A stretch of DNA of 24,000 nucleotides. It comes from an uncultured Emergencia sp. (GTDB taxonomy: Bacteria; Bacillota; Clostridia; Peptostreptococcales; Anaerovoracaceae). This document shows positions 1 to 6,449 of the stretch, piece after piece. A program made the translations under genes and the position numbers. The DNA is taken from the NCBI GenBank assembly GCA_965146355.1, contig CBCTFZ010000002.1:1-24000 (forward strand), given 5' to 3'. The notes under the pieces are model-generated. The model ran no database searches. It was not told the DNA's origin and saw only the letters and a list, made by a program, of their open reading frames with translations. Position 1 is the first letter of the stretch, and each line of letters opens with the position of its first letter.

Positions 1-1
1 C

Positions 2-133
2 ATTTGCACGCTTGACTTGTCGGAGCTGGGCCCGCTGGGAGAGCCGCTGCGGGAACTTTACAATTATGGGCGGCAGACGCTGAAGAAAAAGAGCCGTATG
101 GTGCAAGGACAAAGGGAGGAATTCTATGATTAA
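2..133 (+). CDS. 3' end of an upstream gene truncated by the window edge, product unknown
   Basis: The frame is open from position 2 to a TAA at 131-133 (…ELGPLGEPLRELYNYGRQTLKKKSRMVQGQREEFYD*). It overlaps the next start as ATGATTAA, a typical operon junction. It is missing from the ORF track because it has no start codon in the window. Confidence 0.45.
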   Translation: MCTLDLSELGPLGEPLRELYNYGRQTLKKKSRMVQGQREEFYD

Positions 134-413
134 TTTTTATGTCACATATACGCTGAAGGACAGGGCCGCAAGGGAGGGCTTTTATGAAGAGATTAAAGCC
201 TGCGGCGTCATTGAAAAATCTTTGGCCGAGGAGGGTTGCCTCAGATATGCGTATTATTATCCTGCCGACAGGGAGAACCAGATTTTCCTGTGGGAACAGT
301 GGGAAAGCAGACAGGCGCAGCAGCGGCATCAGGAGCAGCCCCACTTTCGGGCCCTGGGCGACATAAAAACCAAATACCGGGCGGAAAGGGAGCTGCTGAT
401 TGAGGAGTGTTAA
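126..413 (+). CDS. Antibiotic-biosynthesis-monooxygenase (ABM) domain protein, putative quinol monooxygenase-like
   Basis: The 95-aa size and pattern (…LRYAYYYPADRENQIFLWEQWESRQAQQRHQEQPHF…) are typical of the ABM/YgiN ferredoxin-like fold. A GGGAGG RBS lies 6-7 nt upstream. Confidence 0.75.
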   Translation: MINFYVTYTLKDRAAREGFYEEIKACGVIEKSLAEEGCLRYAYYYPADRENQIFLWEQWESRQAQQRHQEQPHFRALGDIKTKYRAERELLIEEC

Positions 414-561
414 CAATTTCGTAATAAAAAAGACACCGTAGCAATACCATTTCTTAACAGAACCATCACAATTTATTGCTATACTAAAATTGTCAAAAGG
501 AGATAGGGTTACACGAGATAATTTCTTTTGAACGTTCTTTCTTAATTATTAAATATCGCAG

Positions 562-600
562 CCAAAAGGCTCTGCTGAAAAGCAGAGCCTTTTGGTTTGC
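562..600. terminator. Bidirectional intrinsic terminator
   Basis: A perfect 15-bp stem, ccaaaaggctctgct (562-576) / agcagagccttttgg (581-595), closes a GAAA loop. T-runs follow the GC core on both strands. It sits just downstream of the minus-strand gene ending at 623. Confidence 0.8.
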
Positions 601-622
601 TTGGTTGGATTACCGCAGTCTG

Positions 623-1195
623 TTACGGTCGTATTTTTCCCCAAACAATTTCATTCAAGGATAATTTACCATTGTCTTCGCGGATAATTTTCCAGTTTTT
701 TAGGTCCGATATGGTTTTATCAAATTCGTCCATTTTGAAATCTTCTATTTGATATTCTTTCAGCAAAGCGTTTACTTCCTCTTTTAACTGTGGCGGTATA
801 AGGCCATGTTTATATGAGCTGCATTTGTGAAGCGCATATACGACGATTTCAGAGTTGCGGTTTAAGCTTTTTTTCGTGGCTGCACCGATGCAGAGAGCAG
901 ATAAGAGTGCCAGTTTGAGATACTCAAATTCATTGTCCGGCGAATCTAAAGCGACAACAAAATCGGCAAGTGCTTTCAGGACATTTTTCATGTTGAGCCG
1001 AGCGTTGCCCGCCTTGTAAGAACTGGAATCTTTCCCAAGGAAAATCATATCCCGTTTTGGAGAATCAGGGATAATTTCTAAATAGTTGTCCATTATGATG
1101 TCCGCAGCTGCAGGGTTCAAATTATGGGTCTGGCAATAGTGCTTTAGGCGCTCTCTGATTTTATCATCCATCTGCTTGGCTTCGATTCTATTCAT
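623..1195 (-). CDS. Hypothetical 190-aa protein, partner of the HExxH protein (no family recognised)
   Basis: The ORF is clean, with an AGGAGG RBS (plus-strand cctcct, 1203-1208) upstream. Its ATG overlaps the upstream gene's stop as ATGAATAG. The region is AT-rich. The sequence looks alpha-helical, and the C-terminal ~70 aa (…EFDKTISDLKNWKIIREDNGKLSLNE…) resemble a winged-helix pattern; that is inference only. Confidence 0.75.
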   Translation of the reverse strand: MNRIEAKQMDDKIRERLKHYCQTHNLNPAAADIIMDNYLEIIPDSPKRDMIFLGKDSSSYKAGNARLNMKNVLKALADFVVALDSPDNEFEYLKLALLSALCIGAATKKSLNRNSEIVVYALHKCSSYKHGLIPPQLKEEVNALLKEYQIEDFKMDEFDKTISDLKNWKIIREDNGKLSLNEIVWGKIRP

Positions 1196-2246
1196 CTTTA
1201 ACCTCCTGTTTTTTTTCTCTCTTCGCTCTTTTCTCCGTGCGAATAATTTTATCCAGCTTTCCCCGGTCTTTTTTCAGAATTAATTCTGTGCGGTAGTTGT
1301 CATAAACATCGAGAAACCCGTTGTATAAATCGTTTCCCTCTGCAGTGTTAAAATCATATTTATCGTCGTTAGCAAGAGCAAATAAGTTGCGAATCCTGTC
1401 TTTGGGAAGGGGATGAGTATCGCTGGAAATTCTCTTATCATACAGGACCCTGTCTGTATAGTAAAATAAATCGAAATAATTCATATACATCAGTGGTGCC
1501 AGATAAGTGTATTCTTCTAAAATTCTGTCATCCTTGTCCATGCGGCTTTGGTCGACAATGATTTTTAACACGATGTCATAAGCAATGCTATCTGCGGTAT
1601 ATTCTTCTTTCCGTTTATTGGGGAATGTCCTGCCGCTGTCTTCAAAATATACATGGGCTATTTCGTGGGCTAGATTGAAGGCAACCACTGTCCAGTAACA
1701 TGAAGAGGCCAAATTCATAATCTGCGCATCATCTTTGATAGTCTGCAGTAAGATTTCATTTGACTTTCCGCTTGGGATATCTCCCAGTATACCCACATCA
1801 TTCATGAGAAACAGTAAGTACAGAAAACAATCGCCGTATACATGCGGATTGTCAAATTCCTTGGACCATTTAAATATTACCAGGAAAAAGGCCATCATAG
1901 AATACTCAAATAATTCGTCAACATGGAGAAAACGTTCTATGGATTTATCTACGACGGCATAACTGTTAACAGAATATTGATAGCAGTTGCTCAGTTTTAT
2001 GTCTTCTCCTCTATATCCGTATTCCCTCTCAAAATATGACTTCACGAGCCGGAACATTTGATTCAGATTCAGTTTGCTCATATTCTGCCGAAGCTGTTCC
2101 TCCGTCAGACCTGAAGCCCGGAAGTATTTCAGCATGATATCCATGCCGTATTGTTCATCTTTAACAGATTCTCCTTCAAAGCGTAAGGATTCATATTTGT
2201 CCTGGTTTACAGATAGACGGATTTTAACGTTATGTTTTTTTGACAT
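1188..2246 (-). CDS. HExxH zincin-like metallopeptidase-domain protein (ImmA/IrrE-like motif layout), 352 aa
   Basis: The HEIAH motif is encoded at 1653-1667 (verified by reverse-complementing). It is followed 16-17 residues later by KEEYTADSIAYDIVL, which resembles the HExxH…E-x-x-A-x-x-(F/I)-A signature of COG2856/M78 peptidases. I chose the ATG at 2246 (MSKKHNV…), which has an AAAGGAG RBS 5 nt upstream, over the TTG at 2261 in the ORF track. Confidence 0.75.
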   Translation of the reverse strand: MSKKHNVKIRLSVNQDKYESLRFEGESVKDEQYGMDIMLKYFRASGLTEEQLRQNMSKLNLNQMFRLVKSYFEREYGYRGEDIKLSNCYQYSVNSYAVVDKSIERFLHVDELFEYSMMAFFLVIFKWSKEFDNPHVYGDCFLYLLFLMNDVGILGDIPSGKSNEILLQTIKDDAQIMNLASSCYWTVVAFNLAHEIAHVYFEDSGRTFPNKRKEEYTADSIAYDIVLKIIVDQSRMDKDDRILEEYTYLAPLMYMNYFDLFYYTDRVLYDKRISSDTHPLPKDRIRNLFALANDDKYDFNTAEGNDLYNGFLDVYDNYRTELILKKDRGKLDKIIRTEKRAKREKKQEVKDE

Positions 2247-2267
2247 AGATACTCCTTTCAATGTATT

Positions 2268-2286
2268 TACATTTTACCAAAATGTA
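2268..2286. promoter_or_regulatory. Candidate operator: perfect 8-bp inverted repeat TACATTTT-acc-AAAATGTA over the -10 box
   Basis: The repeat is read directly from the sequence. It overlaps the predicted -10 of the minus-strand operon. A direct repeat of ATGTATTTA (2261-2269 and 2282-2290) flanks it. Confidence 0.4.
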
Positions 2287-2299
2287 TTTATTTTAACAA
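2271..2299 (-). promoter_or_regulatory. Sigma-70/SigA-type promoter of the two-gene islet operon
   Basis: The minus strand reads TTGTTA-17 nt-TGgTAAAAT (-35 at 2299-2294, extended -10 at 2276-2271). This lies about 25 nt upstream of the RBS. Confidence 0.55.
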
Positions 2300-2367
2300 T
2301 ATTTATTTTAAGTATTCTCTGCTTCTGGTCTGACTTGAGCGTCTCAATAGATGTGACAAGTCATTTC

Positions 2368-2396
2368 TTGAAACCCTGGGAAATCCGTGGTAAAAT
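2368..2396 (+). promoter_or_regulatory. Promoter of the CbiT-like gene
   Basis: TTGAAA (2368-2373)-17 nt-TGgTAAAAT (-10 at 2391-2396), about 38 nt upstream of the ATG at 2434. Confidence 0.55.
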
Positions 2397-2433
2397 ATTG
2401 TAAAGAATATAATCCGAAAGGGATGGTTGACTT

Positions 2434-3336
2434 ATGGAAAAACAGCTTTTTACCAACGAAATTATATTATCCTGGCTGCAGTATTTTGCGGACAATACAC
2501 CCATTGATTTGGAACAGATTAAGATGATGGATATTACCAAGAAGAACAAGAATCTGATTCCTACGGTGGAGGCCCATAAAGCAGTGCTTGCTTTTATGGA
2601 GGCAGGAGACCCGGAGATTTTTTACCATATGTGGAATGCGGGTCTGGGAGATTGCGAGGTCTGGTATAACGAAGGGTCAACCCCCGACGGACCGATTAAG
2701 CACGATAAAGTCAGCGATATGATTAACCGGGGCATTAACGAATCTGCAGGCATGTTGGTGGTGAATCCTAATTCCCGAAATACCTATAAGATGGGTATGG
2801 ATAACCTGAATTTCCGTAAGGATTCCGGCAGAGTCGGCAGCGAGATACGGGCTATTCTCTTAAATAAGATGGGAATTGCAAGGGAAGATACAGTCTGCGT
2901 TATCGGCGGAGAGAGTATGGCCATTGAGGCGGCTTTTCAGGCAAGCGAGGGCACTGTTATCGCTGTGGAATACAGCCAGAGAAACAGAGACGCTATGCAG
3001 GACAACATAGCTTACTTTGATTTGAGAAATATGAAGGTTACAGACCACGTGGACGCGGATACTTTCAAGGATTATCCCATTCCGTCTGTGGCATTTATGG
3101 TGGCTTCAGCCAGCATGGAGCAGGAGATTCGCTGCCTGCTGCAGCTGAACCCTATGATGAATCTGGTGATTTATACGCTGGATTTCAGCGTGGCCGGGGC
3201 AATGAGAAGTATCCTGGAGGCAAGCGGTATCAAAGATGCCGAGGTCATTCAGATTTCCGTCTCCAAGCTGAACAGCAAGAATGCCTTTGAGGTGCAGCCT
3301 GCTCCTTGGATTATCACCGGCAAAGCGGAAGCATAG
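2434..3336 (+). CDS. CbiT-like (precorrin-6B methyltransferase fold) protein with an unrecognised ~130-aa N-terminal domain
   Basis: The C-terminal ~165 aa align by eye to CbiT (…EIRAILLNKMGIAREDTVCVIGGESMAIEAA…VIAVEYSQRNRDAMQDNI…VIQISVSKLN…PWIITGK). No cobalamin genes are nearby. Confidence 0.65.
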   Translation: MEKQLFTNEIILSWLQYFADNTPIDLEQIKMMDITKKNKNLIPTVEAHKAVLAFMEAGDPEIFYHMWNAGLGDCEVWYNEGSTPDGPIKHDKVSDMINRGINESAGMLVVNPNSRNTYKMGMDNLNFRKDSGRVGSEIRAILLNKMGIAREDTVCVIGGESMAIEAAFQASEGTVIAVEYSQRNRDAMQDNIAYFDLRNMKVTDHVDADTFKDYPIPSVAFMVASASMEQEIRCLLQLNPMMNLVIYTLDFSVAGAMRSILEASGIKDAEVIQISVSKLNSKNAFEVQPAPWIITGKAEA

Positions 3337-3356
3337 ATATTTGGAACCCATTACAG

Positions 3357-3404
3357 GGGCTGTCAAACAAACCCCGCCGGCCGGCGGCATTTGCTTGACA
3401 GCCC
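3357..3404 (+). terminator. Stem-loop downstream of the CbiT-like gene (terminator-like, no U-tract)
   Basis: A perfect 10-bp stem, gggctgtcaa (3357-3366) / ttgacagccc (3395-3404), encloses the 14-nt palindrome ccgccggccggcgg. No T-run follows, so its role as a terminator is uncertain. Confidence 0.4.
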
Positions 3405-3515
3405 TTGATAGCGTCTCTAAATATAACTGAAATAATTACATTTAGGGAAGGAGTTAGATTGAGTACAGTAACCACCTGCTGGAAAAGCTGGTGGGAGGCC
3501 GCTGGGACCATCAGT

Positions 3516-3543
3516 TTGTAATTGGAGAAAAAGGCAGTATACT
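3516..3543 (+). promoter_or_regulatory. Promoter of the Rrf2 operon
   Basis: TTGTAA (3516-3521)-16 nt-TATACT (3538-3543). This leaves a short 5'UTR containing an AGGAGG RBS. Confidence 0.5.
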
Positions 3544-3545
3544 GC
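3534..3545. promoter_or_regulatory. Perfect 12-bp palindrome GCAGTATACTGC over the -10 box, a candidate Rrf2 autoregulatory operator
   Basis: The palindrome is read directly. It overlaps the predicted -10, 20 nt upstream of the Rrf2 start codon. Confidence 0.4.
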
Positions 3546-3564
3546 GGCAGGAGGATTTTTTAAT

Positions 3565-4023
3565 ATGAGAATTAACACGAGATTCGCCGTGGCGGTACAC
3601 GCACTGGTGTTAATCGCCATTAATGATGACAGCGGATTACCCATAACCTCCCAGCTAATTGCAAAGAGCGTGGGTACCAATCCGGTGGTGATTCGGAGGA
3701 TGCTGTCCCAGCTGAAGCAGGACGGATTCATCCAGGCTCAGGCCGGCTGTCCGGGTTACAGGCTGACGAAAAGTCCCGCAGAAATCACCTTGAAAGAAAT
3801 TTATACAGCCATGCGCACAGAGGGCGAGGAGAGGACCCTGTTTGATGTGCACCCCAGCCCGTTTCAGGGGTGTCCCGTGGGCAGGCACATTCACGAAAGT
3901 CTGGAGGAGCCCCTTTGGCAGGCCCAGATGGCCTTGGAAAACGCCTTGGACCAATACACCCTGCAGGAGGTATCCCGAAACATCTCTTTAAAAATATCAG
4001 AAGAAAAGGAGCAACAGAAATGA
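3565..4023 (+). CDS. Rrf2-family transcriptional regulator
   Basis: The N-terminus MRINTRFAVAVHALVLIA…ITSQLIAKSVGTNPVVIRRMLSQLKQDGFI is the canonical Rrf2 wHTH. Only two Cys are present, not the three-Cys cluster-binding motif of IscR/NsrR. Confidence 0.9.
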   Translation: MRINTRFAVAVHALVLIAINDDSGLPITSQLIAKSVGTNPVVIRRMLSQLKQDGFIQAQAGCPGYRLTKSPAEITLKEIYTAMRTEGEERTLFDVHPSPFQGCPVGRHIHESLEEPLWQAQMALENALDQYTLQEVSRNISLKISEEKEQQK

Positions 4024-4796
4024 AAAAAGTAACCGCAGTATATTTCAGTCCCACAAAAGGGAGCAAACAGTATACGGAGGCAGTGGCCAGAGCTTTGGAC
4101 GAAAGTTTTACCTCCATCGATTTGACTGCCCCTGAAGCCAGAGAAAGAGAGTATACCTTTGGCCCTGAGGACCTGGTTGTCTTCGGCGCGCCTGTTTACG
4201 CCGGAAGACTGCCCCTGCTTTCCCGGGGAATTTACGATGGAATCAAAGGTGACCATACGCCGGCCGTTTTCACTGTTACTTATGGAAACAGAGAGTATGA
4301 CGACGCCCTGCTGGAAACCAGTGATATCTGCCGGGCCAACGGATTTATAGGGGTGGCGGCGGCAGCTTTTTTGGCACAGCATACATATTCGGATAAACTT
4401 GCGGGAGGCAGGCCCGATGAAAAGGATTTGCAGGAGGCGGCCGCCTTCGCTAAAAAAATTGAGGCAGCTCTAATTCAAGGAAGCGGCGGAACACTGCAAA
4501 TTCCGGGAAATCGTCCCTATAAAGAGGCTAAACGCCTGCCGATGCACACTGAAACGGCAGACCGATGCACCGAATGCGGTCTCTGCGCCAGAGTCTGTCC
4601 GGCAGCCGCCATTGAAGACGGAGCCGGAATGGAAGCAAACGGCGACAAATGTATCGGCTGTCTGGCCTGCGTAAAGAACTGTCCCCGCGGCGCCCGCTTT
4701 GTAAAAGACCCGGGCCTTGCGGCAATCAGGGAAAAGCTGGAGCCTAATTTCGCCAATATTCACAAAGAAAACAGTTATTTTCTAAAAACCAAATAA
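4020..4796 (+). CDS. Flavodoxin-like domain fused to a 2x[4Fe-4S] ferredoxin domain
   Basis: The protein starts MKKVTAVYFSPTKGS…, a flavodoxin-like N-terminus. The C-terminus carries CTECGLCARVCP and CIGCLACVKNCP motifs. The ATG at 4020 overlaps the Rrf2 stop (ATGA) and has an AAGGAG RBS at 4005-4010. The ORF-track start at 3870 would overlap Rrf2 by 150 nt, so I rejected it. Confidence 0.85.
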   Translation: MKKVTAVYFSPTKGSKQYTEAVARALDESFTSIDLTAPEAREREYTFGPEDLVVFGAPVYAGRLPLLSRGIYDGIKGDHTPAVFTVTYGNREYDDALLETSDICRANGFIGVAAAAFLAQHTYSDKLAGGRPDEKDLQEAAAFAKKIEAALIQGSGGTLQIPGNRPYKEAKRLPMHTETADRCTECGLCARVCPAAAIEDGAGMEANGDKCIGCLACVKNCPRGARFVKDPGLAAIREKLEPNFANIHKENSYFLKTK

Positions 4797-4863
4797 ATAC
4801 ATTTTTACTGTTGATTTTTTTGCCGGGCGATATAATCTAGTATAGGCGATAGGAGAAAAGACG

Positions 4864-6237
4864 ATGGTAAAAGAAAAGAAACATGAAATAGATATGGTGC
4901 GGGGACCGGTACTGCCGAAGATGATTCGATTTTCCCTGCCCTTGATGCTGACCAGTATTCTGCAGCTCATGTTCAACGCTGCGGACATTATTGTAGTAGG
5001 AAGATTTGCTGGTGAAAATTCTCTGGCGGCAGTAGGCTCAACAACTTCACTGATTACCCTGCTTCTGAATCTGTTTATCGGCCTATCCATAGGCGCCAAT
5101 GTAGCTGTTGCCAGATATTTTGGCGCAAGGCGGCAGGAAGATTTGAAAGAAACAGTACATACAGCGATTTCTCTGAGTATCATCAGCGGTATTTTGCTGA
5201 CGGCTGCAGGTCTCCTGGGCTCCAGACAGATTTTAATCTGGATGCAGACTCCAGGCGAGGTTCTTGAACTGGCGTCCCTGTATTTGAGAATATACTTTCT
5301 GGGTATGACGGGAATGATGGTGTACAACTTCGGCGCCTCCGTGCTGAGAGCAGTGGGAGATACCAAGCGTCCTCTGTACTTTCTCGCCTTTTCCGGCGTA
5401 GTCAACGTAACGCTGAATCTGTTTTTCGTTGTGGGACTCCACATGGATGTGGCCGGTGTCGGTGCTGCCACGGCAATCTCTCAGTGGATTTCCGGCTTTT
5501 TAATTGTGCGGTGCCTGCGGAAAGAAAACAGCGGAATCAGATTGGTTCTGAAAGACCTGCGCCTCCACAGGGATAAACTGATTGGAATTTTTAAGATTGG
5601 AGTTCCGGCAGGGGTGCAGGGGATGATTTTTTCCCTTACCAACGTGCTGATTCAGACAGCTGTCAATTCTTTCGGCGCTGTGGTTGTGGCGGGCAATTCT
5701 GCCTCCGGAAACATAGAAGGCTTCATCTATTTTGCGATGAACGCTTTCTATCAGGCGACCATATCCTTTACCAGCCAGAATGTGGGAGCGAAGAAAATCA
5801 GCCGTATCGATAAGATTCTAACCAGGGGCGAACTTTGCGTCATCGGAGTAGGCCTGGCTATGGGCGTCCTCTTTGTTGTATTCGGAAGGCCCCTTCTGTC
5901 TATTTATTCCACCAGCCAGGCGGTAATCGACGCCGGTATGCAGCGTCTTGTGGTTATCGGTCTGACCTATTTCCTATGCGGAGCCATGGACGTTATGGTG
6001 GGCGCCCTGCGGGGTATGGGGTATTCTGTGATTCCGATGCTGGTCTCTCTGGTAGGAGTGTGCGGTCTGCGTATCCTGTGGCTTGTAACGCTGTTCCGCA
6101 TTCCTCAGTTCCACACCGTAACCATGCTTTTCGTCACCTATCCGGTAACCTGGAGCGTAACCCTTGCGGCCCATATCGTTACCTTTATCATTGTCCGCAA
6201 AAAGCTGCGGGAAAGAGCGGTGGCCCGTCAGCTGTAA
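4864..6237 (+). CDS. MATE-family efflux transporter
   Basis: 457 aa, 12-TM-like, with the N-terminus …GPVLPKMIRFSLPLMLTSILQLMFNAADIIVVGRF… typical of the MATE/NorM/DinF family. An AGGAGA RBS is present. Confidence 0.9.
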   Translation: MVKEKKHEIDMVRGPVLPKMIRFSLPLMLTSILQLMFNAADIIVVGRFAGENSLAAVGSTTSLITLLLNLFIGLSIGANVAVARYFGARRQEDLKETVHTAISLSIISGILLTAAGLLGSRQILIWMQTPGEVLELASLYLRIYFLGMTGMMVYNFGASVLRAVGDTKRPLYFLAFSGVVNVTLNLFFVVGLHMDVAGVGAATAISQWISGFLIVRCLRKENSGIRLVLKDLRLHRDKLIGIFKIGVPAGVQGMIFSLTNVLIQTAVNSFGAVVVAGNSASGNIEGFIYFAMNAFYQATISFTSQNVGAKKISRIDKILTRGELCVIGVGLAMGVLFVVFGRPLLSIYSTSQAVIDAGMQRLVVIGLTYFLCGAMDVMVGALRGMGYSVIPMLVSLVGVCGLRILWLVTLFRIPQFHTVTMLFVTYPVTWSVTLAAHIVTFIIVRKKLRERAVARQL

Positions 6238-6269
6238 AAGGCGGCCGCCTTTAATAGAGAAGAAATGTG

Positions 6270-6311
6270 AATCCTCCGGCGCAGATATGCTTATCTGCCG
6301 GAGGATTTCTG
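6270..6311 (+). terminator. Intrinsic terminator after the MATE gene
   Basis: A long stem, aatcctccggcgcagata / tatctgc-cggaggatt with one bulge, is followed by a weak T-run. A 16-nt perfect palindrome, aaaggcggccgccttt (6237-6252), sits at the stop codon. Confidence 0.55.
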
Positions 6312-6348
6312 TATATGAGAGAACAAAATACATAAAAAATACATTTTC

Positions 6349-6377
6349 TTGTAAATTATGAAAGACTATGATATAAT
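6349..6377 (+). promoter_or_regulatory. Promoter of the symporter gene
   Basis: TTGTAA (6349-6354)-17 nt-TATAAT (6372-6377). Confidence 0.5.
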
Positions 6378-6449
6378 ATAACTCGCTTTTCTGTTTTAAA
6401 GCAAAGCAATGCATATTTGATTTAGATTAGGAAAAAAGGAGAATCAGTG

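Noticed and set aside
448-455. The 8-nt direct repeat CATTTCTT at 448-455 and 2362-2369, flanking the AT-rich islet, considered as possible att-like or target-site duplication.
   Set aside because: It is too short and too AT-rich to distinguish from chance. No integrase or transposase, and no longer terminal repeats, are present.
1139-1156. RERLKH in the 190-aa partner, which fits the HEPN Rx4H pattern.
   Set aside because: The motif lies at residues 14-19, not in the C-terminal helix where HEPN catalytic motifs sit. A short pattern match alone is not evidence.
3459-3521. A 20-codon TTG-initiated Trp-rich ORF (MSTVTTCWKSWWEAAGTISL) with a GGAAGGAG RBS upstream of the Rrf2 gene, considered as a possible leader peptide.
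   Set aside because: A better promoter for the Rrf2 operon (TTGTAA-16-TATACT, 3516-3543) lies downstream of or overlapping its end, so it is probably not in the operon leader. It has a non-ATG start and no supporting attenuator structure. It remains untestable without conservation or Ribo-seq data.
3870-4019. The N-terminal 50-codon extension of the flavodoxin/ferredoxin ORF in the track (start at 3870).
   Set aside because: It would overlap the Rrf2 gene by 150 nt in another frame. The ATG at 4020 has an AAGGAG RBS, gives a typical flavodoxin N-terminus (MKKVTAVYFSPTKGS) and forms an ATGA junction.
6237-6252. The perfect 16-nt palindrome AAAGGCGGCCGCCTTT (containing a NotI site) at the MATE stop codon.
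   Set aside because: It is probably just part of the termination region and is followed by a stronger hairpin. I saw no second copy or other context suggesting a specific protein-binding site.
6378-6446. A glycine riboswitch or other leader element upstream of the alanine/glycine symporter.
   Set aside because: The leader is only about 60 nt, AT-rich and without the conserved glycine-aptamer helices.
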